Positions 19,968 through 30,635 of a stretch of DNA of 64,000 nucleotides are shown in pieces. Made by a program: the position numbers and the translations under genes. Below the pieces are notes generated by a model. The model did no database searches and was not told where the DNA came from. It saw nothing but the letters and a program-made list of their open reading frames with translations. Numbering within the stretch: the stretch's first letter is position 1; each line of letters opens with the position of its first letter. The stretch is from Candidatus Poribacteria bacterium (GTDB lineage: Bacteria; Poribacteria; WGA-4E; WGA-3G). The stretch covers positions 4,416,001-4,480,000 of the forward strand of contig OZ240248.1 of NCBI GenBank assembly GCA_965198235.1, in the 5' to 3' direction.

Positions 19968-21896
19968 CTACCGTTTTTTCTCGTCCTCGTCAACGACTTC
20001 ATATTCAGCGTCAACGACATCACTGTCAGGGGCATCAGTCGTCGCGTCAGCCGCAGATGGGTCTCCTGCAGCAGCTCCGGGATCCACATCGGCTGTCTGC
20101 TGATACATCTGCGCGGAAACCTCATGCCAGACCTGTGTTAATTCCTCCGTCGTGGATTGGATCTCTGCATGGTTGTCCGCTTCTAATGCCTGCTTGACAC
20201 GGGCAACAGCAGCGTTCACTTTCTCCTTGGAAGCATCGTCTACCTTGTCACCGAACTCATTCAGGTTCTTCTCAGTCTCGTAAACCATAGAATCGGCGCG
20301 GTTGCGAGTCTCAACTTCCTCCCGTTTCTGCTTATCCTCTTCGGAGTGTGCTTCGGCATCTTTCACCATCTGATCGATCTCGGCATCGGTAAGCCCAGAA
20401 GACGCGGTAATGGTAATCTTCTGCTCTTTACCGGTTGCGGTATCCTTAGCAGACACGTTGAGGATGCCATTTGCGTCAATATCAAACGTCACTTCAATCT
20501 GTGGTATGCCTCTCGGTGCCGGAGGTAACTCGCTCAAACGAAAACGTCCGATGGTTTTGTTGTAAACCGCTTGCTCCCGTTCACCCTGGAGGACATGCAC
20601 ATCGACAGATGTCTGATTATTCGCAGATGTCGTGAATATATTTGATTTCTTCGTAGGAATTGTTGTATTCCTGTCAATCAACCGCGTGAACATTCCGCCA
20701 AGCGTCTCAATCCCAAGTGAGAGCGGTGTGACATCCAACAAAAGAATATCTTTGACTTCTTCGTCTCCAGCAAGCACGCCCCCTTGGATTGCCGCACCGA
20801 TTGCGACGACTTCATCCGGATTGACACCCTTGTGTGGTTCTTTACCGAAGAGTTGCTGTACGGCTTCTTGAACCTTAGGCATACGTGTCTGTCCACCGAC
20901 GAGAATGATTTCATCAATACCGGAGGCTTGCATTTCAGCGTCCGCAAGGGCTTGTCGACAAGGCTCAAGCGACCGTTGGATCAGGTCATCTGTGATTTGC
21001 TCGAGTTTTGGGCGAGTAAGCGTCAAGTTAAGGTGCTTCGGTCCGCTGGCATCGCTGGTAATAAAAGGCAGATTAATATCAGCCTGTTGCGTGCTGGAAA
21101 GCTCACACTTCGCTGTTTCTGCCGCCTCCTTCAGGCGTTGCAGAGACATCTGATCGTTGCGGAGATCGATCCCTTGGCTACTCAGGAATTCTTGTGCCAT
21201 CCAGTCAATAACCGCTTGATCAAAGTCATCACCACCGAGGTGCGTATCACCGTTGGTACTTTTCACCTCAAAAACGCCATCCCCGATTTCCAGGATAGAG
21301 ATGTCAAACGTGCCACCTCCGAGGTCATAGACCGCAATCTTCTTATCGCCTTCACTCTGCAATCCGTAAGCGAGGGACGCGGCAGTCGGTTCGTTGATAA
21401 TCCGCTCAACTTCTAACCCTGCGATTCTACCTGCATCGGCTGTCGCCTGACGTTGGGCATCGTTGAAGTAGGCAGGAACGGTAATAACCGCTTTCGTGAC
21501 CTCCTCTCCGAGGTATGCCTCGGCGGTTTCTTTCATCTTCCGCAAAACCATAGCGGAAATTTCGGGTGGCGAGTAATCCTTGCCATCAATATTTACAGCG
21601 ACATCGCCCTCTCTATCTGCTTTTAATTCATAAGGCACGCGGGAGGAATCGTCACCAATCTCGTTATATTTCCTTCCCATAAACCTTTTAATCGAAAAGA
21701 TTGTATTTTGTGGGTTCGTGATAGCTTGTCTTTTTGCAACCAATCCAACAGGGCGCTCACCGTCGCTGGTGAAACCAACAATCGAGGGGGTCGTCCGGTT
21801 TCCCTCAGTGTTTTCAATCACCTTGGCATCGCCGCTCTCTAAAACAGCCACACATGAATTTGTCGTACCTAAATCTATTCCAATGACTTTGCTCAT
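19968..21896 (-). CDS. dnaK: Molecular chaperone DnaK (Hsp70)
   Basis: [45 protein letters not shown]. Confidence 0.99.
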   Translation of the reverse strand: MSKVIGIDLGTTNSCVAVLESGDAKVIENTEGNRTTPSIVGFTSDGERPVGLVAKRQAITNPQNTIFSIKRFMGRKYNEIGDDSSRVPYELKADREGDVAVNIDGKDYSPPEISAMVLRKMKETAEAYLGEEVTKAVITVPAYFNDAQRQATADAGRIAGLEVERIINEPTAASLAYGLQSEGDKKIAVYDLGGGTFDISILEIGDGVFEVKSTNGDTHLGGDDFDQAVIDWMAQEFLSSQGIDLRNDQMSLQRLKEAAETAKCELSSTQQADINLPFITSDASGPKHLNLTLTRPKLEQITDDLIQRSLEPCRQALADAEMQASGIDEIILVGGQTRMPKVQEAVQQLFGKEPHKGVNPDEVVAIGAAIQGGVLAGDEEVKDILLLDVTPLSLGIETLGGMFTRLIDRNTTIPTKKSNIFTTSANNQTSVDVHVLQGEREQAVYNKTIGRFRLSELPPAPRGIPQIEVTFDIDANGILNVSAKDTATGKEQKITITASSGLTDAEIDQMVKDAEAHSEEDKQKREEVETRNRADSMVYETEKNLNEFGDKVDDASKEKVNAAVARVKQALEADNHAEIQSTTEELTQVWHEVSAQMYQQTADVDPGAAAGDPSAADATTDAPDSDVVDAEYEVVDEDEKKR

Positions 21897-22055
21897 TTCT
21901 GATTTGTCTCCTTTGTATCAATAGTTTCAAGGTAGGCACATCGCGCTTACAATGCGCCCACCAATAAAATAAAGAAATTCCTTTTGTGCTTCGCCACCAC
22001 CGCACCTTTACTTCAGAAAATAGGTCTGCAACATCTTCCTATTTACCGAATAGTG

Positions 22056-22072
22056 TGCAATATTTGTGCCAA
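22056..22072 (-). promoter_or_regulatory. sigma54 (-24/-12) promoter of dnaK
   Basis: Minus strand TTGGCAC-AAATA-TTGCA matches the consensus exactly; palindrome TGCCAA-A-TTGGCA at 22113-22125 upstream. Confidence 0.75.
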
Positions 22073-22154
22073 TAGCAATTGATGGAAATAGCGGAAATTC
22101 CCGCTGATTGTCTGCCAAATTGGCACAGTCTTAAAAGGGTTATGATTGCATCTG

Positions 22155-22997
22155 TCAATTTGACCCATCGCGCATGTCATACCTCTGTTTGAGAAGCCCC
22201 CATGTTGTCGGCAATTTTTCATCTGGCTCAACAGCCAAAATCTCTTGAATACTACCCTGAATTTCTTTAACCTCATCTTGTGAAAGCCCACGGTTAAAGA
22301 GTGCAAACTCATCAATAACACCGTTATAGTAGCGATTGAGAGCCGGAGGATCCTCCCTACCGAGCAGGAGCGGTGCATCAATCGGCACCAGTTCATTGCC
22401 ATTCTTCGGGTAATCTATCAGGACCTCGCCATCAAGATAGACGGTCCACCACTCCCCACTCTGGAATGAAACGGCGACGTGCTGCCATTTGTCTTTAACG
22501 ACATCGCGAGGGCTTTGTGCGGGAACAACGCGCCCACCTGTCAGCTTCCAGCCCATCCATATAAAACCGTCAGGATGGAGCAGCACCTCAAAGAATTCCT
22601 GCACGTCAGGTCCCTTCGCCGCTATCAGTTGCCATGTGCCGGGTCCCGCCTTCAAAGTGGGCAGAATCCAAGCGGCAATCGTAATTCCATCGGTAAACTC
22701 AAACGCATCGGAATGTTCTACGCTAACGATCCCATTTTTCCCGCCGAAATTCACAGCTTTCCCGAATTTACCATCCGTCCACGACGTATCTCCCTCCAAT
22801 TTCCCATCTTGCCCGTTACCAGAGAGATCCGCAACGGTTTTACCAGCACCCTCTTCAAAAGCAAAATAGACGACCAAACCCTCAAGTTCCGCGGCTGTGC
22901 CGACACTTTGTAAACTCACTGCCAGATACACAACACACAAGCAAATCATTCTTACATACGAGGCTTTGGTTTGCAAGTTACGCCAAAAGTTACGCAT
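22155..22997 (-). CDS. Secreted LamG-like jellyroll protein with C-terminal 'AVEPDEKLPTTWGLLK' tail
   Basis: Signal peptide; YFAFEEG, DLSGNG, GKFGKA, WQHVA, GVIDE. Confidence 0.88.
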   Translation of the reverse strand: MRNFWRNLQTKASYVRMICLCVVYLAVSLQSVGTAAELEGLVVYFAFEEGAGKTVADLSGNGQDGKLEGDTSWTDGKFGKAVNFGGKNGIVSVEHSDAFEFTDGITIAAWILPTLKAGPGTWQLIAAKGPDVQEFFEVLLHPDGFIWMGWKLTGGRVVPAQSPRDVVKDKWQHVAVSFQSGEWWTVYLDGEVLIDYPKNGNELVPIDAPLLLGREDPPALNRYYNGVIDEFALFNRGLSQDEVKEIQGSIQEILAVEPDEKLPTTWGLLKQRYDMRDGSN

Positions 22998-23085
22998 GAG
23001 TATCCTCCATTTTCGTTGGGTTAGTTCGTTAAACGATACAGGCGGATGTCAAGAACACCCGCCCGTGAAACACTTACATATATCT

Positions 23086-23808
23086 CTAAACAAACGGGAA
23101 TGTCCCTTGATACCCGCGTGGACGAGAGACATGCCAAACGCCTTCATACATCGGTGTCACCTGATAATGACACACGACATTGCTCCGCTCCATATCGTCC
23201 CGCTCTTTGGCACCTTGATGCGGGATGTGATTGATAAACACGACACAATCGCCCGCCTTCGGATACAGGATAACATGTTCTTGTGCGTCACACCACGCCT
23301 CGAATTTAGGACGATCTAATGGATAGAGGTACGGCGGCTCTGTCAGATGACCGCCTTTGATAAACTTGAGATGTCCCTCACCCGGGTCGTTGTCTTGGAA
23401 ATAGTAGGTGGTGTTAATCCCGGCGGGTGCCATTGCAAACGGATGTTCTTCAACATACCGCTTTTCCTGCCAATAGCCGTAAAAATCCATGTGCCATTCT
23501 TGGAGATAAGGACCCGGATTGATGTGCGCCCGTAGACTCCGCAACTGGCACTGTTTGCCCATCAATCCCTCAAGATACGGACGGACACTCGAATGCCCGA
23601 CAAGTGACTCATACGTATCGGGTTCCCGATCCAGGAGGGTATCGAACCACATGTTGCCGACGGCGTTCAAGCCTTCCTCCCATCCCATTTTACGTGCATA
23701 ATTGATGCGCTGACGGATATGCGCTGTCTCATCTGGTGACAACGCGCCCTCTATCAAAACGAAACCTTGCTGTTGCAGTTTCTCGAGTTCATCTTTGATG
23801 TCTGCCAT
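23086..23808 (-). CDS. PhyH family dioxygenase
   Basis: QGFVLIEGAL, WHMD, GGH, KAGD, HQG. Confidence 0.85.
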   Translation of the reverse strand: MADIKDELEKLQQQGFVLIEGALSPDETAHIRQRINYARKMGWEEGLNAVGNMWFDTLLDREPDTYESLVGHSSVRPYLEGLMGKQCQLRSLRAHINPGPYLQEWHMDFYGYWQEKRYVEEHPFAMAPAGINTTYYFQDNDPGEGHLKFIKGGHLTEPPYLYPLDRPKFEAWCDAQEHVILYPKAGDCVVFINHIPHQGAKERDDMERSNVVCHYQVTPMYEGVWHVSRPRGYQGTFPFV

Positions 23809-23882
23809 TGTCTCATCTCCTTTTGAAGATTTAAAGTTGCTGACGGTATTCTATACACTTATGCGACAGGTGTCAACCTTAA

Positions 23883-23975
23883 TAGGACTTACGCAATTTT
23901 TTTACGAGTCGCTGCTGCCATGTGCTGCTGGCGAGGTTTCAAACCTCGCCAGCAGAGGAAGCTGCGTAAGTCCTG
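23883..23975. mobile_element. 93-bp MITE with AGGACTTACGCA terminal inverted repeats and an internal hairpin; inverted copy at 53560-53653
   Basis: TAGGACTTACGCA...GCTGGCGAGGTTTCAAACCTCGCCAGC...TGCGTAAGTCCTG in both copies. Confidence 0.75.
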
Positions 23976-23976
23976 C

Positions 23977-25461
23977 TTAATTGCCAACGAACAGTTTGGC
24001 GAACAAACCCCAGCCGCTTATCCCGGCAAATATAATAAGTACAGCCGCGGAAATCAGAGCACCGACGAACATGAACGGACGCGTCCGATAAGCAGTGGGC
24101 AGCTTCGCATTGAGATACAGGGCTGCGAGCATCATCAATGCGATTGAAAAATTCGCCAAAATAAAGCCAGCAATCTGTGTCAAAATGTCAAACGGGATGT
24201 TCAACCAAATTAGCACGATCGTCGTAAGAAAAATATAGAGACAGACCCACCTGCGAAGTGTGTCGTAACTCCATTCGCGTTGGGGCCAGATCGCTTGAAA
24301 GAACTCTTGCATCACCCGTGCATAAATCTCTGGGAGTGCCTGTAGCGTTCCCCACAGCGCAACGATGATACAGATGTAGTACACCCATACCAGTGAGGCA
24401 TGAATATTTTTCCAGACACTCGCTTGATCGGTCAGCAGGCTCCATCCCTCAAAAGTGCTTTGCATTCCATACAGGACAGCCGCACCCGAGATCATGAACG
24501 CGCCCGTCACGATAAAGAGTACGATCGCGCCCATGCCGATATCCCACCGAAGCGGGGCAAGGATTTGCCGGAGTTGGCTAACCTGTTCAGGTTGTTCAGG
24601 AAGATAATCGACTTTATTACGGTTGGCGGCGCGCTGACGGATAGCCCCAATGTTTCGATGTGCTGTCATCCCCCAACGGTGGAGGCTCACCCAATTCGCG
24701 TAGACGACATACCCCATTACAGAGCCACCGACGTAACCAAACGCAGTCGCCATTGTCAATAAAGGGTTTTCAACCGCATCTTTGGGTGCCCATTCAGGGA
24801 ATTCAGGCACATATCCAAAACGGAGACTCCCAACGAGTGCTTTGCCAAAGTCAGGACGCACCATCAGCGTGCCAATAACCGTTCCGAGAACCAGAATCAG
24901 ACAGATAATGAGTTGCTGTTTCTCCAGTCTTTCAAAGGAGATACGTAAACCGAAAAGGAGTGCGAGGGTGATGAAGCAGGACGTGATTAGGTTTTCCCAA
25001 ATGGGCTGTGAGACCCCTGCAGGCAGTGTGTCTTTCAACAGAAAATGGAGCAGTGCACCGCACGGTTTGCCGATCGGCACCCATGCCAAAGGCGCGCCTA
25101 TCATCTCAAAGAGGACAATCGCAATGAGGAGCCATCCCCGCGGTCCAGGTAGCTTGACAAGCCGCTCTCCGATATATTCACCGCTAACCGCGGTATAACG
25201 TCCGAGTAGGTAGGTGACGAAGATGCCCTTTACGACGCAGCTGAGGAGCACAAGCCAGAGCAAGTTATATCCTGCCCACGCCCCTGCCCGGACGACAACA
25301 ATCGTTTCGCCCGCCCCGATACTCACTGAAGCAACAATCGCCGCGGGTCCAAACACCGATGCAAGCGCAATAATCTTTTTTAGTGACCACGGTTCGGTAT
25401 AAGGACCGGTGACGGGTGGAAGGTCAACAGGTTCAGTCGTTTGTGTCTCTTCTGTTTGCAT
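23977..25461 (-). CDS. Nramp/APC-superfamily membrane transporter
   Basis: GPAAIVASVSIGAGE, GY.LLW, RYT..SGE, about 11 TM segments. Confidence 0.78.
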   Translation of the reverse strand: MQTEETQTTEPVDLPPVTGPYTEPWSLKKIIALASVFGPAAIVASVSIGAGETIVVVRAGAWAGYNLLWLVLLSCVVKGIFVTYLLGRYTAVSGEYIGERLVKLPGPRGWLLIAIVLFEMIGAPLAWVPIGKPCGALLHFLLKDTLPAGVSQPIWENLITSCFITLALLFGLRISFERLEKQQLIICLILVLGTVIGTLMVRPDFGKALVGSLRFGYVPEFPEWAPKDAVENPLLTMATAFGYVGGSVMGYVVYANWVSLHRWGMTAHRNIGAIRQRAANRNKVDYLPEQPEQVSQLRQILAPLRWDIGMGAIVLFIVTGAFMISGAAVLYGMQSTFEGWSLLTDQASVWKNIHASLVWVYYICIIVALWGTLQALPEIYARVMQEFFQAIWPQREWSYDTLRRWVCLYIFLTTIVLIWLNIPFDILTQIAGFILANFSIALMMLAALYLNAKLPTAYRTRPFMFVGALISAAVLIIFAGISGWGLFAKLFVGN

Positions 25462-25524
25462 AGAAGGTTCCCTATAACAACGAGCGGGCTTCTTTCGAAG
25501 CCCGCTCAATGCTACGTTATACGC

Positions 25525-26259
25525 TTATTCTTCTTCTAAAGGTTCTAAGGGTTGTGCATTCCCAAAGACAGGGGTCGGCGCATTACCGGGTGCTGCCCAT
25601 CGAGCGGCATTCGCAATAACATTCCGAACGTTTTCGTCGTAATAGATTGGGTATGTCTCATGACCGGGACGAAAATAGAAGATTTTTCCTCTGCCCCGAT
25701 AATAACAACATCCACTTCGGAAAACTTCACCGCCCGGGAACCAACTGACGAAGATAAGTGTATCGGGTTCAGGAATATCAAACGGCTCGCCGTACATCTC
25801 AGCGTGCTCAATTTCAAAGTATTCGCCTAAGCCTTCAACAATCGGGTGCCCGTGCTCAATCACCCAGAGGCGTTCCTTTTCACCCGCTTCACGCCATTTG
25901 AGGCTACACGATGTGCCCATCAAACCGGTAAAAGGTTTAGAATAGTGAGCGGAGTGCAGGACAATAAGTCCCATGCCATCCAACACACGTGCGCGAACCT
26001 TAGCGGCGATTGCGTCCTCAACAGCATTGTGCGCCGCGTGTCCCCACCAAATCAAGACATCGGTGTTTGAGAGGACATCGTCGGTCAAGCCGTGTTCGGG
26101 TTCATCCAGAGTTGCACTCCGAACCTTAAAACCGCCAACTTTGTCGAGTCCATCGGCAATTGCGGCATGAATGCCATTCGGATAGATACCGCGAATGAAC
26201 TCGTTTGTTTTTTCATGTCTAAATTCATTCCAGACTGTAACCTGAATTGGTTGCGTCAT
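25525..26259 (-). CDS. ThuA domain (trehalose utilization / glutamine amidotransferase-like) protein
   Basis: [41 protein letters not shown]. Confidence 0.92.
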   Translation of the reverse strand: MTQPIQVTVWNEFRHEKTNEFIRGIYPNGIHAAIADGLDKVGGFKVRSATLDEPEHGLTDDVLSNTDVLIWWGHAAHNAVEDAIAAKVRARVLDGMGLIVLHSAHYSKPFTGLMGTSCSLKWREAGEKERLWVIEHGHPIVEGLGEYFEIEHAEMYGEPFDIPEPDTLIFVSWFPGGEVFRSGCCYYRGRGKIFYFRPGHETYPIYYDENVRNVIANAARWAAPGNAPTPVFGNAQPLEPLEEE

Positions 26260-26503
26260 AAGTTTCTCCTTAATTGTCTAATAACAGAAATATGTCAAAA
26301 ACCTCTGCTGAGATTTTCGTTTTCAATTACACTGTAAAAAAACAGTTGAAGTTTACACAAACTACATTCAAACCCCAGCCGAAATAGAACTGGCTTCAAC
26401 GATTGTGGGATTTCGTCGTTCTTGATGATGAGTCGCCCTTTCTGTTCCCTGAAGGTCGCACCTTGATAGGTTGCTGGTGCGGGTGTATCCGGTGGTTCGG
26501 GGG

Positions 26504-27118
26504 CTACTGGCTCTGGTCTATCGCTTGTTGGCGTGCGTTCTGGAGTGCCTGCCATGTCTCCTTGAGTTCGTCCCAGTTCATCTGTTTCAATGTCTTCTCG
26601 TCCATCCGTCGCCACTCTATCCCCTCGCTCGCTTGCATCATCTCGTTGCTCTGGAGTTCGAGTATCGCGTCCTGGAGGTCCTGCTTCTGGAGTTCGTGTC
26701 CCCATTCCCTCGGTGTCAACGGACGTAGATTGTGTGGTTTCTTAGGATCTATGCTTTCTCTTGGTGCAACCTGATAATTCTCATCTGCGTGAGACAGACT
26801 GGAATTTGTATCCTTCAGAGGTTCAATCGATAGTCGGCACCCAAGCGCGGCGAGAAGGGTGCTGAGCATATCAATTCGAGGCATTTCCTTACCTGATAGC
26901 ATGTCTAAAAGAGCCTGAGGTTCAGTACAGGTTCGCTTCGCGAGTGCAGCAATCCCATCCTGTGATTCCACAACAGTCCGAAGGGCAACCAAAAATAAAT
27001 GAGCATCTCTATCAACTTGATATTCCTCGATCGCCACGTCAAGATAGTCAATCGCCCTTTCATGGTCAGCAGCCAGTTTCTCAATTAGGTACTCGCGCCA
27101 CGTTTGATATTCGCTCAT
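26504..27118 (-). CDS. HigA-like addiction-module antitoxin (HTH) fused to about 80 unrelated C-terminal residues
   Basis: YLDVAIEE...FLVALRTVVE..GIAALAKRT...LS...P...LL.ALG ends near residue 100; extension follows. Confidence 0.75.
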   Translation of the reverse strand: MSEYQTWREYLIEKLAADHERAIDYLDVAIEEYQVDRDAHLFLVALRTVVESQDGIAALAKRTCTEPQALLDMLSGKEMPRIDMLSTLLAALGCRLSIEPLKDTNSSLSHADENYQVAPRESIDPKKPHNLRPLTPREWGHELQKQDLQDAILELQSNEMMQASEGIEWRRMDEKTLKQMNWDELKETWQALQNARQQAIDQSQ

Positions 27119-27471
27119 CGGTGTGTTTCCTTATATTGCAACCAATAGTCCTTCGCACGTTCAATATCCCGCGTTTGTGATGACTTGTCGCCAGCACAGA
27201 GTAGAAGAACAATTGTGTTATCAACTTCACCAAAATAGATACGATAGCCTGCCCCAAAGTGAAGGCGCAGTTCAAACACACCTTCGCCCACAGGGTGGCA
27301 ATCACCGAAGTTACCTGTTTCAAGACGGTCAAGTCGTGCTTGAATTCTGCTTTGTGTTCTTTTGTCTTGAATTGATTCCAACCATTCAGCGAAAGGACTA
27401 CTGCTATTCGGCACTCGATAGATTTGTAGCCTTCTCGGATGCACATGACGCACTAAAGTTTTGACCTCCAC
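27115..27471 (-). CDS. RelE/ParE (HigB-like) toxin
   Basis: PFAEWL, RLDRLETGNFGD, GVFELRLHFGAGYRIYF, LLLCAGDKSSQ; 4-nt overlap with the antitoxin. Confidence 0.9.
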   Translation of the reverse strand: MEVKTLVRHVHPRRLQIYRVPNSSSPFAEWLESIQDKRTQSRIQARLDRLETGNFGDCHPVGEGVFELRLHFGAGYRIYFGEVDNTIVLLLCAGDKSSQTRDIERAKDYWLQYKETHR

Positions 27472-27483
27472 AGCCTACTATTC

Positions 27484-28677
27484 TTAAAACACCAATTCCG
27501 TCTCAACCGCTTCATCGTAGTCCACGCCTTCAACCTCAAATCCAAAGAGATTTCGGAAGCGTCGCCTGAAGCCTGCGTAATCGGAGAGTTCATGGAAATT
27601 GTCGGTATCAATCCGTCCCCAACGCTCGGTCACTGCGTCGGTTATTTCAGGCTGTAACTCCCGGTCGTCAAGACGAATGTAGCGTTCGCTGTCCAGGTGC
27701 GGTTGTAGTCCAGGTCCGAGATGCTCAGAGAAAAGTCGTCGCATCTGCCCAATTGGTGCCTCATTGATGCCCTTCGCATTCATAACGTCATAAAGGATAC
27801 TGACATAGAGCGGAACGACAGGGATCGCCGCAGACGCTTGCGTAACGACGGCTTTGTTCACCGAGATATAGGCATTTCCGCCAAGTTGGTTTGTGAGCCG
27901 TTCGTCAAGTGCGTCTACACGCGTTTTTAAATCGTCTTTTGCTCTACCGATAGTCCCGTCTCGGTAAATGGACCAGGTCAAGGAACTTCCGATATAGGTA
28001 TAGGCAACAACCGTCACCTCTGGTGCGAGCAACTCCGCGTCAGCCAATGCGTCAATCCACATCTCTAAATCTTCACCGCCCATCACGGCGATCGTATCGG
28101 TGATCTCCTGTTCATTCGCGGGCTCAATCGTCACAGGTGCGATGACTTCCCGATTCAGATCAATCGTCTTCCCTGTATACGGCGCGCCAATCGGTTTCAG
28201 CTCGGATTGATGTGAGGCACCAGTTTTCGGGTGTATTCGTCGTGGTGCGGCGATACTATAGACGAGGATATTTATTTTGCCGAAGTCCGCTTTGAGTCGG
28301 CGAATTGCTTCTGCCTTCATCTCATCCGAAAACGCATCTCCATTGAGACTGTCCGCGAAAAACCCATCCGCCGCTGCCTGCCGATGAAAGGCGACGGTGT
28401 TATAGTACCCTGCTGTCGCGGTCCGTCTGGCATCGGCGGGTCGCTCATAAAGAAGTCCAAGCGTTTTCGCACCGTAAGCCCAAGTCAGAGCAATACGAGA
28501 AGCGAGCCCGTAACCTGTTGATGCTCCGATGACAAGCGCGTTCATATCCGTCTCTTTGTACGGAATGCCCTGCTTAATCTCACCTATCTGGTTTAGTATA
28601 TTCGCTTGACAACCCGTAGGATGGGCATTGGTACAAATAAACCCGCGTATCCGAGGTTTAACAATTTGAACTGCCAT
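27484..28677 (-). CDS. fabV: Enoyl-ACP reductase / trans-2-enoyl-CoA reductase FabV
   Basis: RGFICTNAHPTGC, GASTGYGLASRI, NGDAFS, VMGGED, GTIGRAK, TQASAAIP, LFGFE. Confidence 0.93.
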   Translation of the reverse strand: MAVQIVKPRIRGFICTNAHPTGCQANILNQIGEIKQGIPYKETDMNALVIGASTGYGLASRIALTWAYGAKTLGLLYERPADARRTATAGYYNTVAFHRQAAADGFFADSLNGDAFSDEMKAEAIRRLKADFGKINILVYSIAAPRRIHPKTGASHQSELKPIGAPYTGKTIDLNREVIAPVTIEPANEQEITDTIAVMGGEDLEMWIDALADAELLAPEVTVVAYTYIGSSLTWSIYRDGTIGRAKDDLKTRVDALDERLTNQLGGNAYISVNKAVVTQASAAIPVVPLYVSILYDVMNAKGINEAPIGQMRRLFSEHLGPGLQPHLDSERYIRLDDRELQPEITDAVTERWGRIDTDNFHELSDYAGFRRRFRNLFGFEVEGVDYDEAVETELVF

Positions 28678-28875
28678 TGTATCCTTCTTTTTTATTTTTT
28701 AACGGGCACCAAGTGTTAGTAAGGAAGTTATGCTTCCGGGGTCCCGCCTACAATTACCGACGATGTTGTTAATACTCGTCGAAAACCCGTTTTTTTGACC
28801 CTCAACTCGTCTTCCACATTTTATAAAGGCACGAGTTGATGATCAAAACGGAAAAAACGGAGCAAAACCTAATAG

Positions 28876-29340
28876 TTAAAGATCCTCAATCTCGACAACC
28901 ATCTCAACCTCAACGGGAATTCCGCCGGGTAATTGCACCATACCGACTGCGGATCGCGCATGTCTGCCTTTATCACCGAACACCTCGACCAAAAAGTCCG
29001 ATGTCCCATTGACAACCGCGGGCTGTTCGGTGAAGTCGGGTGCGGAATTGACGAACCCAATCACTTTGATAACACGCTTGATTCTGTCCAAATCACCGAG
29101 TGCGTGTTTGAGGGTGCTCAACAAGCAGATCGCCACCTGACGTGCCGAAGCATAGCCTTCCTCGATCGTCGCATCGGTACCGAGTTGACTTTTATAGATT
29201 TTACCCTCGCCTGTTCCGGGTCCGTGTCCAGAGGTAAATACGAGATTGCCGGTTTGCACCGTCGTAACGTAATTCGCTACGGGAACCGCTGGTTCTGGCA
29301 ATTCCACACCTAATTCTTCAAGTCGCTGTTCTATTTTCAT
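28876..29340 (-). CDS. RidA/YjgF family protein
   Basis: PVANYV, FTSGHGP, GRHARSAVG, LP...VEVE. Confidence 0.9.
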   Translation of the reverse strand: MKIEQRLEELGVELPEPAVPVANYVTTVQTGNLVFTSGHGPGTGEGKIYKSQLGTDATIEEGYASARQVAICLLSTLKHALGDLDRIKRVIKVIGFVNSAPDFTEQPAVVNGTSDFLVEVFGDKGRHARSAVGMVQLPGGIPVEVEMVVEIEDL

Positions 29341-29609
29341 CTTATTTTCCTTTTATAAAAGATTAGATTCTAATATGCCGCAAACACGGCATTTTTAGCA
29401 TAAATTGCAAGCGAAAACCTGTCGTGATTGTTTATACCTGCCTCTATTATTAAACAGATTTTCGCTAATTTTGTCAAGCAAACTTTTGTGTACGGACCTG
29501 ATATCAATCCTCAACAATTTGATTTAAGAATAAATCGAATTATGCTAAAATATATGGAGGTTTAACCGAAATATCCGTATATCTTTGGTGAAAAACACAA
29601 GGAGCAACT

Positions 29610-30632
29610 ATGAAAGTAGCAGCAGTCTTAGGTGAACATCAAGCAGGACTCGTTGAAGTACCAGATCCGACTCCGAAAGAGGATTGGGTCGTTGTAAAAA
29701 TCCACGCTTCGCCGATGTGTACCGAATATCATGCTTTCGAGTATGGACATAAAACCGACGGGCTTGGGCATGAAGCCGCTGGTGAGGTTGTTGACATCGC
29801 CCAACCCGGAAAAGTGGAGATCGGCGATCGGGTGGTCGTGATGCCACAATATCCCTGTGGGAAATGCGTACTTTGCACTGACGGGGACTACATCCATTGC
29901 GAGAACAACTACAATTTTGAGGAATTCGTCGGATCCCGTTACGGTAGTTCGACGATGGCACAGTATATTCTCAAACCGTCTTGGTTGCTCCCGAAGATTC
30001 CAGACAACGTCCCTTATGAACACGCCTCGCTTGCGTGTTGCGCCTTGGGTCCGTCGTACCGCGCCTTTGACGAAATGGGCGTTAACGCGACACACACCGT
30101 GCTGATTACCGGTATCGGTCCCGTCGGTTTTGGAGCGATTACCAATGCTCGGTTTCGCGGTGCAAAAGTCATTGCAGCGGAACTGATCCCGTGGCGCGCC
30201 GAACGCGCCAGACAGATGGGGGTCGAAGCGGTCATCAACCCAACCGATGAAGATGCCGTAGACCAGATTCTCGACCTCACTACAGATGGCCGCGGTGTAG
30301 ACTTCGCACTCGACTGCTCAGGAAACGTCCAAGCGCACCGGCTTTGCATCGATGCGACGCGGCGGCGTGGCACGATTGCATTCGTCGGACAGAGCGGCAG
30401 AAATGACACCGTCCTCCATGTTAGCCCGGATCTCATCGGTAAAGGGTTGCGTCTCGCCGGGGCATGGCACTATAACCTCAACCAATTCCCTGGATTGATG
30501 AAGGTCATCGAAGGCTCATCTCTCCTCGATCTGCTTATCAGCAATGTCTTCCCGATGCGTGAGATCCAGCAGGCGTTTGAAACCTCCGCATCTCACGAAA
30601 GCTCGAAGATTATCCTGAAACCTTGGGAATAA
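29610..30632 (+). CDS. Zinc-dependent alcohol dehydrogenase (MDR family)
   Basis: GHEAAGEV, CGKC..C..G....C, GIGPVG. Confidence 0.92.
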   Translation: MKVAAVLGEHQAGLVEVPDPTPKEDWVVVKIHASPMCTEYHAFEYGHKTDGLGHEAAGEVVDIAQPGKVEIGDRVVVMPQYPCGKCVLCTDGDYIHCENNYNFEEFVGSRYGSSTMAQYILKPSWLLPKIPDNVPYEHASLACCALGPSYRAFDEMGVNATHTVLITGIGPVGFGAITNARFRGAKVIAAELIPWRAERARQMGVEAVINPTDEDAVDQILDLTTDGRGVDFALDCSGNVQAHRLCIDATRRRGTIAFVGQSGRNDTVLHVSPDLIGKGLRLAGAWHYNLNQFPGLMKVIEGSSLLDLLISNVFPMREIQQAFETSASHESSKIILKPWE

Positions 30633-30635
30633 GCC

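Noticed and set aside
20784-21416. 210-aa ORF opposite dnaK
   Set aside because: Typical antisense frame of dnaK
21897-22150. CIRCE element before dnaK
   Set aside because: No TTAGCACTC-N9-GAGTGCTAA; the TGGCAC matches fit sigma54 and a short palindrome instead
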